Assembly (NCBI GenBank): GCA_951406725.2
Contig: OX597814.1
Coordinates: forward strand, 46,252,001-46,316,000
Direction: 5' to 3'
DNA length: 64,000 nucleotides
From: Octopus vulgaris
Lineage: Eukaryota
The notes under the pieces are model-generated. The model made no database searches, was not told the DNA's origin, and saw only the letters and a program-made list of their open reading frames with translations. This document shows, one piece after another, positions 31,701 to 46,769 of this stretch. Every line of letters starts with the position of its first letter. Position 1 is the first letter of the stretch. Position numbers and translations under genes: made by a program.

Positions 31701-32619
31701 TAAGAAATTCTGTGGTGTGAGGTATTCCAAATGGCATAGCAATGTATCAGAGAGAAATGTGATGTAGTGGAAGAATATTTACAGAATGATAGCAGAACAC
31801 TTTCACTCCCAAAGGAAAGAGGTATGGAAGTACTCAAGAAGGAAAATGCATGAAAAAGTGAGAAAAGCTTCCTCAAATAGTCACAATAGATGGACCAGCC
31901 TTCAAAGCTTTATGCTATAATCAAATACTGAAAATGGATCATGAAAGGTAGTTGCTAAAATTGCAAATCAACAATTTAGCATAACTGATAGCTTTCATGA
32001 TGATATATCATGTGAGTGTATGTGTGTATATTTATACATATGTATACAGATGTAAATATATTCATATATATATATGTGTGTATGCGTGTGTGTTTAGCTG
32101 CATATCTATACATTTATCATTTATATATATATATATATATATATCTCATTGTCATTATTTTAATGTCTACTTTTCCATGCTTGCATGGGTTAGACACAAT
32201 TCACTGAAGCAGATTTTCTATGGCTGGATGCCCTTCATGCCACTAATCATCACATTCCCACATGACTAAACAGGTTTTCACTGAGGGTGAGGAGCAAACA
32301 ATATTGCTTGTATGATGGTGATACTCATTTTGTGACCATCATGCAATGTTAAGACAAGGAATCACAAACACACACATGCTTGTAGACATACACACACAAT
32401 TGAATGAGCTCCTTTTTACATTCCATCAATCAAATCCATTCACAAGGCTTTGGTTGGACTGAAGCTGTTGTAGAAGATACTTGCCCTAGTTACCATGCAA
32501 TAGAATTGAACCTGAAAGCATGCGGTTGGCAAGTGAATTTCTTAACCACACAGCCTAACACACATGTATCATATATATGTGTATATACATTATAGATATA
32601 TGTATAAATGTATATATAA

Positions 32620-33320
32620 CAGAGAAAGTAAACTTTGTTTATGGAAGATGCACAGGAGCAATAAACACAAGAATGCACAGAAAAATTAATTTTCTCAAAT
32701 ACACAAAGGGATCCTTAGAGGGAGTGTATAGTTTCTGTTACCTGGATGACTTGATTAACTGTGGAGGAGGATACTCTGAAACTATAATCGACAGAATATG
32801 AATAGGATGGTGAAAGTTCAATGAGCTACTATCTCTGTTGGTAACAAAAAGGTCTCTCCCCCCACTCTCTTTCTCAGAGCGAAAGGCAGATTGTATGATG
32901 CTTGTGTATGATCAAAAATGCTACATGTTAATGAAATGTGGGCCATGAATGCAGAAGACATGTGAAGACTAGAAATAATGAAGCTAACATACTCTGCTGG
33001 GCATGGAACATCAATCTGCATGTATGACAAAGTGCAAATGGATTCAGAGAAAAATTATGCATAAGAGACATCAGATGTACCATAGAAGAAAAACAACTAC
33101 ACTGGTATAGTCATGTGATAGATATGAATGAGGACAGCTGCATACCAAAGTGCCAGTCACTAAATGTGGATGGAACTCATGGAAGTGACAGACCTAGAAA
33201 GAAGTTATATGAAGTAGTGAAGACCAGGCTCAGGTTATTGAATGTCATGAAGCTGATGACAAAGAACCACCAAGAATGGCAACTTGCAATACTTGAGAAG
33301 ACCAACCCATCTCAGTAAAA
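32620..33320 (+). mobile_element. RTE LINE 3' fragment
   Basis: LEGVYSFCYLDDLI, LRAKGRLYDACV, LHWYSHV, GSDRPRKK. Confidence 0.8.
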
Positions 33321-33989
33321 ATGAAATCCTAAAAACATATTGTTAATGTCTTGCCCCCAAAACCCAATCTATACTTGTCAAACTTCCCAACAATTCATCT
33401 GTATAACATCAATACTTCCTTCATTTCTCTAAATATGGCACTATTTCCACAGTAGATGTATTTATATGTCAGGAGAGCTGCACATATTCCACTCCTTTTT
33501 TCTGTACTACAAGTAAACCTCTTTGGAACCACTTTATTTACACTGAATACCCTTCCATCCCGTGAACACCATCTTATGTATGTCATCAATGTGTCCTCCA
33601 CCTATCCTTTATTGTAACTCACTATATCCACCATGTGTGCCTCTGATCTCTGTCTATGTTCTTCTTTCCTCTTTACCACACTTCTACAGTTTTATTATAC
33701 TATTGTTCTCCAGCCCACCTTTATACTTTACTTCCTATCATGTCCTCTTTCACCTATACCTATTTTCTTTCCATTCCTCCAAACAGATTTACTATTGACT
33801 ACACCACCACCCATGTTTACTATTTAATTTATTCACTTTTATCCTTATCTCTACTGTCAGCCACTTTCCTTTCTCACTCTTGTGAACCTACCTACCCAAC
33901 CACCCTCAATTCACTATCCCTACTCTCTCTCTCTCTTTCTTTATCCACCTTATTGTACCTTGAGAGTACACCCTAACACAATATTTATC

Positions 33990-35010
33990 AGAGTGAGACA
34001 AAAAAATCATCCCAGTAGCAGCTTGTGAGACTGCCAGTTGTATTTAAATTCCCATTTTAGGTCAAGGTTCAGGTTCCTCATTTCATCACTCCAGTTGGCA
34101 GTGTCAGAATGGTAAGCTTTTTAATGCATCTGACATATGAAGAAGTTGGTTTTTTGTATGAATAGTTTCATATCATTGGTCCTCACAGGTATCCAGATAT
34201 TCTTCAGGGAAACATTTATGTGCAGTTTCTCCATCCAGGAGGTAATCAGCTGTTGGTGCTCGAATAAATGTATTTCTGCTTCTAACCTTAATAATATTAA
34301 GGTTGTATGATGTAACACAGTTAACCTTCTCAATCTAGTGGATCAAAGTGAGCCTTATTTGCCTATGATACCCCAAATGATCCTAAAGGACCAGAAACCT
34401 AACCTTGATTGTAAACCCATTGTTAGGCTTATCTGTTCCCTGAAGATAATGTAGAAATAACTTATTCAGTCGGTACACTGTTAAATTCTTGTACTCCACC
34501 ACATCTAATTTAGCTGATAACAGAGCCACTATTAATAATAGGATATTAAACATTAGAAATTATGTATATGATTCTAATTAGCCTTGTAGTTTTTGTCTGT
34601 CTCTAGCTCCTCCATTAATAATACATCTCAGTCTAACATGAATAGTATAGATTCCAAGCTTCTTCTAAACAATAGAATTAGTAACATACAACTACTAATT
34701 CTTCACTGCCTTCTCTCTTCTCATAATTCTTTCTTTGATGATACTTTTGACATATACATTCCCCCTAATTAAAGCCTCTTTGAGAATATCTCTACATTCA
34801 CTGCTACCATACCCAAATTTAAATAGACAGCCTATTACAATGTCCATCTTTTGTCTTTCCTATACTAGTTGGATTTGCCATTACAATTAGTTATCTAGTA
34901 ATATATGCATCTTTCTGTCTTTTAAATTCCTTACTTCATGCTTTTTCTTTGCATGTCAATATAGTTACTTTCTTGCTACATCATTCTAAGACCAGCTAAT
35001 TTTATTTATA
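33990..35010 (-). mobile_element. Highly decayed probable Penelope-like RT remnant
   Basis: Weak minus-strand similarity to PLE RT motifs (GVxxG, KPT..YL); many stops. Confidence 0.3.
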
Positions 35011-37436
35011 ACTGTACTTATCCACATGCAAGTGTATTACACCATCTGAAAATCATGATGACAAGATTGGGTTACATTTAATATTGTATGAAGTTGCATA
35101 ATCATTGCTTATATTACTTCCAGCATATTAAATGATTTATCTGTCCCACCTTTTATTGAAATGATTGTGACTGGATAATAAATATGATACCAATATCTTC
35201 ATTCCTTTACTTGTTTTATGCTATACTCTGTGATAGTAGAAAATTTACTAGATTTTCAGTTTGTGTGGGACACTTGGGATTCACTAGGATTTTTTCCTTC
35301 TATACATTCTCTTAGCTTGGGGTTTGCAGGAGTACTGAGAAATGTAATCACCTGGATTTCACTCATCCTTTTTTATGTACTATCTGTCTATATACATATA
35401 TCCATCATACATGCATAAACATATATCTCAATCTGTGTATCCTATTTAATGTAGATACATCACAGGAAACCACATTAACTTCAGTATTCCTCTTGAGATA
35501 TCTCTTATGGAAGTATAGCATCAAATAACACATGAATATATCAGTAGCTGATGAAAATCATCTAGATGTGGTTGTAGGAATATCAGATGTGCATTTCTGC
35601 TCTTTTGCACTTTATCAGTAGCAAGTACCCACTGGTAACTGCATGCAAAGACAAAATCCATTGTTGCTAATACAGGAAAATAGTGATTGAAAAATCATTG
35701 ATGTTGTAACTAGCTGGCTGTCTGAATTGAATTAAAATCCATTTTGTGCAACAGATGTGTCTGATACACAGTATGATGCACAGATTGCTCCATCAACACA
35801 TATCATGATAGCACAATCAGATAGGAAGCTACTAATACAAGAGATGAGATGCAAGTGAAATGCATAGGTGAGCAGTTTTGATACAAGATTTTTGTACCAA
35901 ACATGGCTGTTAGTTTTGCTGGTTCAAGGGCATTACTTTCATCAAATTACTCTTAGAAAATCCACTGGCGGATGTCATAGAGGAGTAGGTTTTCAGTGAA
36001 TCTGGCTTTAGAGGAATTGTACTGGTGGTTGTTAAGGAGAAAGCTTCAAGATTTTGGAGAATGTCATCATTAATGTTTGTCTCCATTATCTTTGAGGTAT
36101 TGAAAGTGAGTACATTAGCATGACATGTGACAGGGTTGTGGGTGCATGTTGCTTTCTTGGCACTGAGACAAACTGTAGTATTATTCCAAAGTTTCTCTTT
36201 GTAGAGGAGAAACTGAAGTTTAGGGAGTACAGGTGATAACTCTTATATGCAATGTTTGAAAGTAATGGTAGAGACCTCATCAGAATCATTGGCCAGTTTG
36301 ATGTGAAGCAACCAAAACCATGTGTACATGCAAGGTGGTGAACTGAGTGGAGTAGAAGGGAATAGATTTGGAAGAGATTTGTCCAGTGTGTGCTGTTTGG
36401 AGTTGGATGCAAAATAGACAGCAAATGTGGGAGTACTGCTTAGAGAAGAGAAGGAAAAAGGAATTCTGCAAAGTAGGTGGAGATTCTTTTGGCAAGAAGG
36501 ACTGGCTGCAGTTTGGGAGGTGGGGTAGCTTGAGTGTCACATGATGCATGAAAACATCCTCTGCTGTCTAGTTTTGGAAAGTGGATGAGTTTTCTCTGAT
36601 GTTGTAGGCCTTGCCTTTTGCTTGAACAGCTGCAGCACAACTCTAAATGAACTGGTTGGGGAACTTGAGGCATTGAGTTTTTGTTGTGATGTGCCTTAGA
36701 GGTTGTTTTGATTTTATTCATGCCTGTTTGAAAATACTTTCTGTAAACATATTCCTTTTCATAAAATATTAGTTTTTATATAAGCATCTTCCTGCACCAT
36801 CACTTGTAAAAAAAAAAAAAAGCTACTTTTTTTCCTCTGTGCATTGGTAAGAAAAATCTTGAAAATATAATTTTTTTTAAATATATATTTGCAACATTAA
36901 ATGTTAAGATTAGTGAATTAATTTCTTTGAATGAAAAATGGCTACCTTGTTATATTTTAGATGTAATATAAGCTTCTAAGCCCACATGTTATCCCTATAT
37001 ATCTCTATGTTATCCCTATATATCTGGCAGCATGGTAAAGTAAATGAGAAAGAAATACTGACAGCGTAGCACTATGAATAGAAGACTGGGTAAGTGTCTG
37101 AAGGATGAGTGGTAGAGAGATGATTAGGTATCAAAGGGGCAGGAAAGAGGCAGCAGGTGTTGACTAGGGACATACTGTGCAGGAGACCTAAAGTAGATGT
37201 ATCTCATACCGCCCAATCTCTGTCACTACCACTATTTTCAGTGATTGCTTCAATATGCTCACATGGGTATGTAAGGCTTGTCTAATACTGTGTGTTGCCA
37301 ATCATTGCTGTCCATTGTCATTTCTTGACAATAAATTTGCTAAATCATTTTATAGCTAATTTTATGATAAGAATATTAAAATGGAATATAAATATATTAA
37401 ACTAAAATGCTTATTTTGTTTCTTGTTTCATTGCAG

Positions 37437-37578
37437 AAAATCTTTGCAACGGCAAATTTCATCAACATTTGCGTGATGTGTTTGCACCACAGGTTGTGAG
37501 ATATGTTGATTTAATGGAGTCTTCAATTGCACAGTCAATTCATAAAGGTTTTGAAAAAGAACGCTGGGATGCACAAGG
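37437..37578 (+). CDS. CADPS: Next coding exon of CADPS (MHD1 region)
   Basis: Pyrimidine tract + ttgcag|AAAAT...CAAGG|gtaaga; 142 nt, phase 1 to 2, joins the previous exon in frame: (E)[46 protein letters not shown](G). [21 protein letters not shown] is a CAPS signature. Confidence 0.96.
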
Positions 37579-38118
37579 GTAAGATTACATTTGGTTTAAA
37601 AAATATAAATATTTTTTCACATATATTGATTTTATTTTAATATCTATTTCTGATTTTCAAATAATTGGATTAAAAATTGGAATGAGAAACAGAAAAATCA
37701 TAGAAATTCAGAAGTTTACTTATAATTAATTCATAACATTTAAGTAGTTGTTGCATATGTGATTAAATATCTGTAAGGATAAATGCATGTGTGTATGTAT
37801 GAGAGAGGAAGTGATGTAAACGAAAGTGAGTGATGAACTATTTGTTTAGGAGTAAAACAGTTGCCTATTGTGTTCTAGGCAAGATTGAATCATTAAAGAC
37901 ATAAAACTTTAAGCTAGTTTTTTTTTCTTTGATAAATGATTTGATGCCATATGAAACAAAAAGTGGGGAAAAAATTTAATAAAATTGACTTTTTCTACCA
38001 CAACAACAACAAAAAAAGACAGTTTGAATAATCTGTTAAAATATTTTCAAACTGAAATAAAATATATATTTATTTTGACTTTATTGAGAAGAAAATTGAA
38101 ATCATTGTTAGTGTTTAA

Positions 38119-38327
38119 CCCTTTAGCATTTAAACCAACCTTATCCAGCTAAAAATTTTCTACCTGTTCTATGTCGGATCTGGCCTCTCACACCTACTTA
38201 AAAATGTCATTGAAAATCAACAATCACGTCATTGAAATCTCAAAGCTATGAGATAATGTATGATTAATTCAAATCAATGTGATTGAATATGTATTACATT
38301 TGATAGAGTAATCTAAATGCTAAAGAG
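38119..38327. mobile_element. piggyBac-type MITE (209 bp)
   Basis: TTAA|CCCTTTAGCATTTA...TAAATGCTAAAGAG|TTAA: TIRs with a TTAA target duplication. Confidence 0.85.
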
Positions 38328-38631
38328 TTAATGAATTCTTTTGCCAGTTTTAAAAATTCATGAATTATATATATAACAATATTCAGTTTAGTTTATTAAT
38401 TATAATTTTTATATCCTAAGGTATTTTAACTGAAAGAATAATATTCAATTATCAAAATTGATATGATAAAGAAATCAGTTAAATGAACAGGCAAACAAAA
38501 TTGAATAGAACTGAATATCTATACTGTACTACACAATATACTTATATATTTTAGCCAACATTGTAGGCCTAGAAAAATATAAACATCTTGTCTTTATATA
38601 CAGTATCTTTGGGGATTAAAATAAATAGATT

Positions 38632-38675
38632 AGGTGGACTAGTTTCAATCCCCTGTTGGAAATTCATCAGTGACT
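38632..38675 (-). ncRNA. Minimal type-I hammerhead, unit 1
   Basis: AGUCA-CUGAUGA-AUUUCC aacag GGGAUU-GAAAC-UA-GUC^caccu; core intact, 3' strand of stem I decayed. Confidence 0.7.
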
Positions 38676-38946
38676 CAACATGTTTTTTAACTGTCAACAG
38701 AGACACTGCTTGTTAACAAATTATTTTTAAGGCCTTGAGTGATACTTATTATCTGGTTTACATATATAACACATACTTGGTAGTTAGTTCAGTTAATAAA
38801 TTTATAGTACATTGACAGTATTTTGTTTTAATGCTTTCCCATGTAAAAAAAGTTATCTACAGAGGTTAGCCAACACAGTGTATACAGAGAAATGCAAACA
38901 CTTTCTCATTTTATACAATATCTTCATGAACAAGAAAAGATGGATT

Positions 38947-38989
38947 AGTCAGACTAGTTTCAATCTGTGTTGGGATTTCTTCAGTGGTA
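38947..38989 (-). ncRNA. Minimal type-I hammerhead, unit 2
   Basis: uacca-CUGAAGA-AAUC ccaacaca GAUU-GAAAC-UA-GUC^UGACU; core intact, 5' strand of stem I partly decayed. Confidence 0.7.
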
Positions 38990-39229
38990 AATTACTGTCT
39001 TTAACTGACTACAGAGCTACTGCTTACTAGCCCAGTATTTTCAAGGGTTTATGTAAACTGAATAGACCAATTTGCATATATAACGCATTCTTGACAGCTG
39101 GCTGTATTAATAAATTACTAGTTTGTTAACTGTGTTTTGTTTCAATGTTACATTGTACTATAGAATATTCCTAGAAAGTTTTAGTTAACTCTGTATATCG
39201 ATTATAACATTCTGTCTCCATTGAAGAGT

Positions 39230-39790
39230 TTGCCTCGTAATGCTGGAAACGGGTTTCCATAGGATGTGTCCCAGCCAACGACATTTCCTCCTCTTGATTT
39301 GGATTTTGATAAGTTGCTGGTTCACTTATTCCCACAACTAACCCAAAAGATATTTTGGAGACATCTATTCATGAACATTTGGAGCTTGTCAATAGAAAAC
39401 TTTGTGACTTACCATGTTTCACACACAAAGCAGCAGTGTCTTTATGCTCATGTTAAGGGTTCTGAATTTTTTCTTCATTGACAAGGTTTGTGATTCCCAG
39501 ATGGTGTGAACATTCCAAAGGAAGCTGTAGCTTTCTCTCAGTCCTTGTTTTCGTTTTGATCTGTCCTTCTAACTTTGTTGACAATGCTTCCCAGGTATTT
39601 GAAATGACTGACATCTTGAATTTCCTTTTCTCTGACTTTGAAGTTGATGTCAATTGTTATCAAATTTAATTTACTTAAGCCCCTAGTTATAATGGGTTTA
39701 TAAGTAGTTTCTCCAAGTATAGTTAAAGAGGGCACTTGGCTGCTTATGAATTCCCAGCACAGGATTAGAGCTAGTCAAACTGATCTCTTT
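39230..39790 (-). mobile_element. RTE/RTEX LINE 3' fragment
   Basis: EIQDVSHFKYLGSIV, KLQMFMNRCLQNIF. Confidence 0.75.
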
Positions 39791-39813
39791 TCTGTCCCTG
39801 AAGATACTATATA

Positions 39814-39880
<67 letters not shown>

Positions 39881-40046
39881 AATTGAGGTAGGGGTTGTAA
39901 ATGCAACGCTCCATGGGATAACATATATCCAATATACTGCTAGTGAAGTACCCAACAAAGTTAATACATAAATGTTAAGAATTGCGATGCAATTAATTCA
40001 TTTACTGTATTATATGGGCAAAGGTAAAATGTTTTACCACAAATTC

Positions 40047-40373
40047 ATAATACAAAATAAGAAAATGGAGAAATACATCCAAATCAAATATCAACTACCA
40101 GATAATACCCAATCACATACTTTATTAAACCACCACATAAGAAACTTTAAGGTCAAACATAATAATATAGAACAAAACAGTGAACATAAAGAAATGTACA
40201 TAAAGGAGTAATATGTATCATATTACTCCTTTATGTACACTGTTTTGTTCTATATTATTATGTTTGACCTTAAAATTTCTTATGTGGTGGTTTAATAAAG
40301 TATGTGATTGGGTATTATCTGGTAGTTGATATTTGATTTGGATGTATTTCTCCATTTTCTTATTTTGTATTAT
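40047..40373. repeat. Near-perfect fold-back palindrome, ~160-bp arms
   Basis: Centre ggagtaatatg-tat-catattactcc (~40217); few substitutions and a 14-bp insertion in the left arm. The same peptide appears in ORFs 39972-40211(+) and 40218-40403(-). Confidence 0.93.
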
Positions 40374-40556
40374 ATATATCATCATCATCATCATCATCAT
40401 CATTTAGCGTCCGTTTTCCATACTAGCATAGGTTGGACGGTTCAACTGGGGTCTGTGAAGCTGGAAGGCTTCATCAGGCCCAGTCAGATCTGGCAGTGTT
40501 TCTACGGCTGGATGCCCTTCCTAACGCCAACCACTCCGTGAGTGTAGTGGGTGCTT

Positions 40557-40993
40557 TTTTACGTGCCACCCGCACAGGTGCCAGACAGAGCTGGCAAACG
40601 GCCATGAACGGATGGTGCTTTTACGTGTCACCGGCATGGGGACCAGGCGAGGCTGGCAACGGACACGAACGGATGGTGCTTTTACGTGCCACCAACACGG
40701 GCGCCAGACATAGCTGGCAAACGGCCACGAAACGGATGGTGCTTTTACGTGTCACCGGCACGGGGGCCAGGCGAGGCTGGCAACGGACACGAACGGATGG
40801 TGCTTTTACGTGCCACCGACACGGTGGCCAGACAGAGCTGGCAAACGGCCACGAACGGATGGTGCTTTTATATGTCAGCAGCACGGGGGCCAGGCAACGC
40901 TGGCAATGAACACGAACGGATGGTGCTTTTATGTGCCACCGACACGGGGGCCAGACAGAGCTGGCAAACGGCCACGAACGGATGGTGCTTTTA
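40557..40993. repeat. GC-rich minisatellite, 7 units of ~61-63 bp alternating A/B, inside a SINE-like repeat
   Basis: Units end cacgaacggatggtgctttt; A = gccacc..gccagacagagctggcaaacggcc, B = gtcaccggca..gccaggcgaggctggcaacggac. Confidence 0.92.
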
Positions 40994-42320
<1,327 letters not shown>

Positions 42321-42330
42321 ATCAACAATT

Positions 42331-42527
42331 AACAATTAAGGAACGGCCATAATAGGCCATTCACCCACTAGAAATAACAGCCAAAGCTTTAACCGCAAAT
42401 AAAAGTTAATTCTGTAAACCAGGAGAAAATTTCTCCTGGTTTACAGAATTAACTTTTATTTGCGGTTGAAGCTTTGGCTGTTATTTCTAGTGGGTGAATG
42501 GCCTATTATGGCCGTTCCTTAATTGTT
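42331..42527. repeat. Near-perfect palindrome, 98-bp arms, 1-nt centre
   Basis: ...ccaggagaaa-a-tttctcctgg..., centre 42429, one mismatch seen. Confidence 0.95.
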
Positions 42528-42658
42528 GATGTTGAACTTAAAAATGGTCTATGACTATTTAATTTATTCCTACTAGGCCGCTGGTGGCAAAAGAATTCTA
42601 CAAAATTTTTTTTGCCACCCTATATTGATTAAATATATATATATACATATATAAATAT

Positions 42659-42715
<57 letters not shown>

Positions 42716-43522
42716 AGATAATGGAGTCATTGAGACCCAAAGGTGTCAGGTAATACTGAATAAGTGCTATAGACAGACCATAGTTAAGTTCCAGATTCGG
42801 TAATATTGCAAATAAAGGGTTCAGCATTGGTTCTATGTCAGCATGTGTATATAAGAATTTTTTGCATAATGAGATTAAAAAAACCAAGGCTGTGTAGATA
42901 TTAGAGTATTTATAGATAGTAGGTCTTACAGCTGTTTCTAGGATATTTATATATCTATATCGATATTTGTATATATATATTTATATATATATAAATAAAA
43001 TAATGTTTACTGCCACTTAAACATGGCTGTTCCATAGAAACCATTATTGCTGTTTTTTACCTCAGTGGGATGTCTCTTCCTACTGGTTATTTGATGTAAT
43101 CTGCAGCCAATATATATTGCAAGTAGAGGAGTGAACCCCTACCATTTTGCAGCCACAAGACCACCAGAGTGTACAATTTCAACCCCTTTGTGGTCATCCT
43201 CGGTGATGGATATTCATCAGCTAGAGATAGCAGATACACATGCACACACCCGGTGCTTACTTATGTATATATATATATATTGTTTGGTTAAAATCTATTT
43301 ATATGTTATTATAGTACAGAATAATAGTAAAACAACAGTTATCACATCACTAATTTATTAAAAGAATTTGAAGGTTTATAAAATAGTAATATGAACATGG
43401 AATTTGTTCTTCACCGATTGTTAGGCAAGAATTTGATTATATTCTTTAGAAGCATGGCTACAGCTCAAAGGCTGAAATACATTTTTAAAAATTTAAATAT
43501 GTGTGTGTGGGTGTGTATAGAA

Positions 43523-43726
<204 letters not shown>

Positions 43727-43737
43727 TATATAGAAGG

Positions 43738-43788
43738 AGCTTCTACAGGACTAGAACTGTTTCATTCAAGAGAAATCTTCAGGAAGCT
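43738..43788 (-). ncRNA. Type-I hammerhead (mirror copy)
   Basis: Exact reverse complement of 46612-46662. Confidence 0.8.
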
Positions 43789-44061
43789 AGTTAACAAGAA
43801 TTGTATTGGCATTTATACATTTAGGCAGGTTTATAGGGGTGGTGGTGGGGGACTTTTTGGGGGTAGGCATAGCGCAAAAAAATCATACTTGGGGGAGTGG
43901 TCAAGGAGTCAGTGGTAAATTAGATAGAAGAATAAATAAAAGAATAAAAAAAGAATAAAAAAATAAAAAAATATAAAATTATATAGAAGAATAGAGTTTT
44001 AGGTAAATAAGGAAATTCTCAACACACACACATATACATACACACATACATACACACACAC

Positions 44062-44097
<36 letters not shown>

Positions 44098-44374
44098 CAC
44101 ACACACACATATACATACATATATCTACATATATATATCCATATATATATACATATACATATACATACATACACATATACATGCATATACATATACACAC
44201 ACACATGTATATATACACACACACGACCACACATACACATACACACAAAAAAAATATATGCATACACACACATACACATACTCACATACACACACATATC
44301 CACATACACACATGCACACACAACACACAAGTCCCTATATACTCATATATACATATACACATATATGTATGCAT

Positions 44375-44416
<42 letters not shown>

Positions 44417-44948
44417 ACATATGTGTACCCATTCATACACATATATGTATGTATACACACACACACATACATATATATACACATACATACATACATATAT
44501 GTACCTATTCATACCTACACATACACACATATATACATACAATTACAAACCCATTCCCTAATTTTAATTTTATTATCTTCATTTATTACTTTTGTTATCT
44601 TTGACCGCTGGTCACAAACATCTTGGCTAGTCCCTTTTATCTTTCTACTTGAGCACAAGCACTCACTCACGCACGCACACTCATTAGCACGCACACACAC
44701 TCTCATTCGTACACTCATACACATACACGCATGCACGCGTTATATTCATACATACATACATCTACATACATACACGTATATACACATACATACGCGTACC
44801 TACAGATTCATGTCTACAATCTTAGAAGACTAGTCTATACATATACACCAAATATATATACACACATACATATACACCTACATACAAATACATACATACA
44901 TATATATACACACATATATATATATACATACACATATACACACACACA

Positions 44949-44984
<36 letters not shown>

Positions 44985-45194
44985 CACATATATACATATA
45001 TATACATATACATATATATATACACACATCCGCATACATACATACATATATACACACATACATACATATATACACACATACACACACCCACACGTATACA
45101 TATACATACATATATATATGCGCATGCATACACATATATATACACATACATACACATACATACATACATATGTATGTGTGTATGTGTATGTATG

Positions 45195-45247
<53 letters not shown>

Positions 45248-45424
45248 ATGTATATGTGTATGTGTATGTATTTGTATGTGTATGCATGCGCGTATATACA
45301 TGTATGTATATGTATACGTGTGGGTGTGTGTATGTGTGTATATATGTATGTATGTATGGGTGTATGTATGTATGCGGATGTGTGTATATATATATATGTA
45401 TATGTATATATATGTATATATGTG

Positions 45425-45458
<34 letters not shown>

Positions 45459-45993
45459 TGTGTGTGTGTATATGTGTATGTATATATATATATGTGTGTA
45501 TATATATGTATGTATGTATTTGTATGTAGGTGTATATGTATGTGTGTATATATATTTGGTGTATATGTATAGACTAGTCTTCTAAGATTGTAGACATGAA
45601 TCTGTAGGTACGCGTATGTATGTGTATATACGTGTATGTATGTAGATGTATGTATGTATGAATATAACGCGTGCGTGCGTGTATGTGTATGAGTGTACGA
45701 ATGAGAGTGTGTGTGCGTGCTAATGAGTGTGCGTGCGTGAGTGAGTGCTTGTGCTCAAGTAGAAAGATAAAAGGGACTAGCCAAGATGTTTGTGACCAGT
45801 GGTCAAAGATAACAAAAGTAATAAATGAAGATAATAAAATTAAAATTAGGGAATGGGTTTGTAATTGTATGTATATATGTGTGTATGTGTAGGTATGAAT
45901 AGGTACACATATGTATGTATGTATGTGTATATATATGTATGTGTGTGTGTGTGTGTATACATACATATATGTGTATGAATGGGTACACATATG

Positions 45994-46046
<53 letters not shown>

Positions 46047-46303
46047 ATGCATACATATATGTGTATATGTATATATGAGTATATAAGGACTTGTGTGTTA
46101 TGTGTGTATGTGGATATGTGTGTGTATGTGAGTATGTGTATGTGTGTGTATGCATATATTTTTTTTGTGTGTATGTGTATGTGTGGTCGTGTGTGTGTAT
46201 ATATACATGTGTGTGTGTATATGTATATGCATGTATATGTGTATGTATGTATATGTATATATATATATATATGGATATATATATGTAGATATATGTATGT
46301 ATA

Positions 46304-46336
<33 letters not shown>

Positions 46337-46611
46337 GGGTGTGTGTGTATGTATGTGTGTATGTATATGTGTGTGTGTTGAGAATTTCCTTATTTACCTA
46401 AAACTCTATTCTTCTATATAATTTTATATTATTTTATTTTTTTATTCTTTTTTTATTCTTTTATTTATTCTTCTATCTAATTTACCACTGACTCCTTGAC
46501 CACTCCCCCAAGTATGATTTTTTTGCGCTATGCCTACCCCCAAAAAGTCCCCCACCACCACCCATATAAACCTGCCTAAATGTATAAATGCCAATACAAT
46601 TCTTGTTAACT

Positions 46612-46662
46612 AGCTTCCTGAAGATTTCTCTTGAATGAAACAGTTCTAGTCCTGTAGAAGCT
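46612..46662 (+). ncRNA. Type-I hammerhead with intact core, sense to CADPS pre-mRNA
   Basis: AGCUUC-CUGAAGA-U UUC ucuu GAA U-GAAACAG uucuaguc CUGUA^GAAGCU: 6-bp stem I, 4-bp stem III, GUA triplet, predicted cut after 46656. Confidence 0.82.
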
Positions 46663-46769
46663 CCTTCTATATAATAAATTAATTTTACTCTGCTATGTAT
46701 TGAGTACCTTATTTACTGTGGTTAACCCCGAATCAACCCGGGACCTACACATATATATATATATATATA

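Larger units (their letters stand above)
38525..39200 (-). repeat. Diverged 315-bp tandem repeat (~2.1 units), one hammerhead per unit; non-LTR retrozyme-like
   Basis: ttagccaac-type anchor at 38551, 38866, 39181; gactagtttcaatc at 38637 and 38952; units alignable throughout. Confidence 0.8.

Noticed and set aside
35560-36720. Relatively GC-rich block with short minus-strand ORFs, possibly an old LTR-element remnant
   Set aside because: No motif could be identified with confidence.
40557-40993. Regularly spaced GC-rich repeats resembling a CRISPR array
   Set aside because: The intervening sequences are themselves repeated, there are no cas genes and the DNA is eukaryotic; it is a minisatellite.
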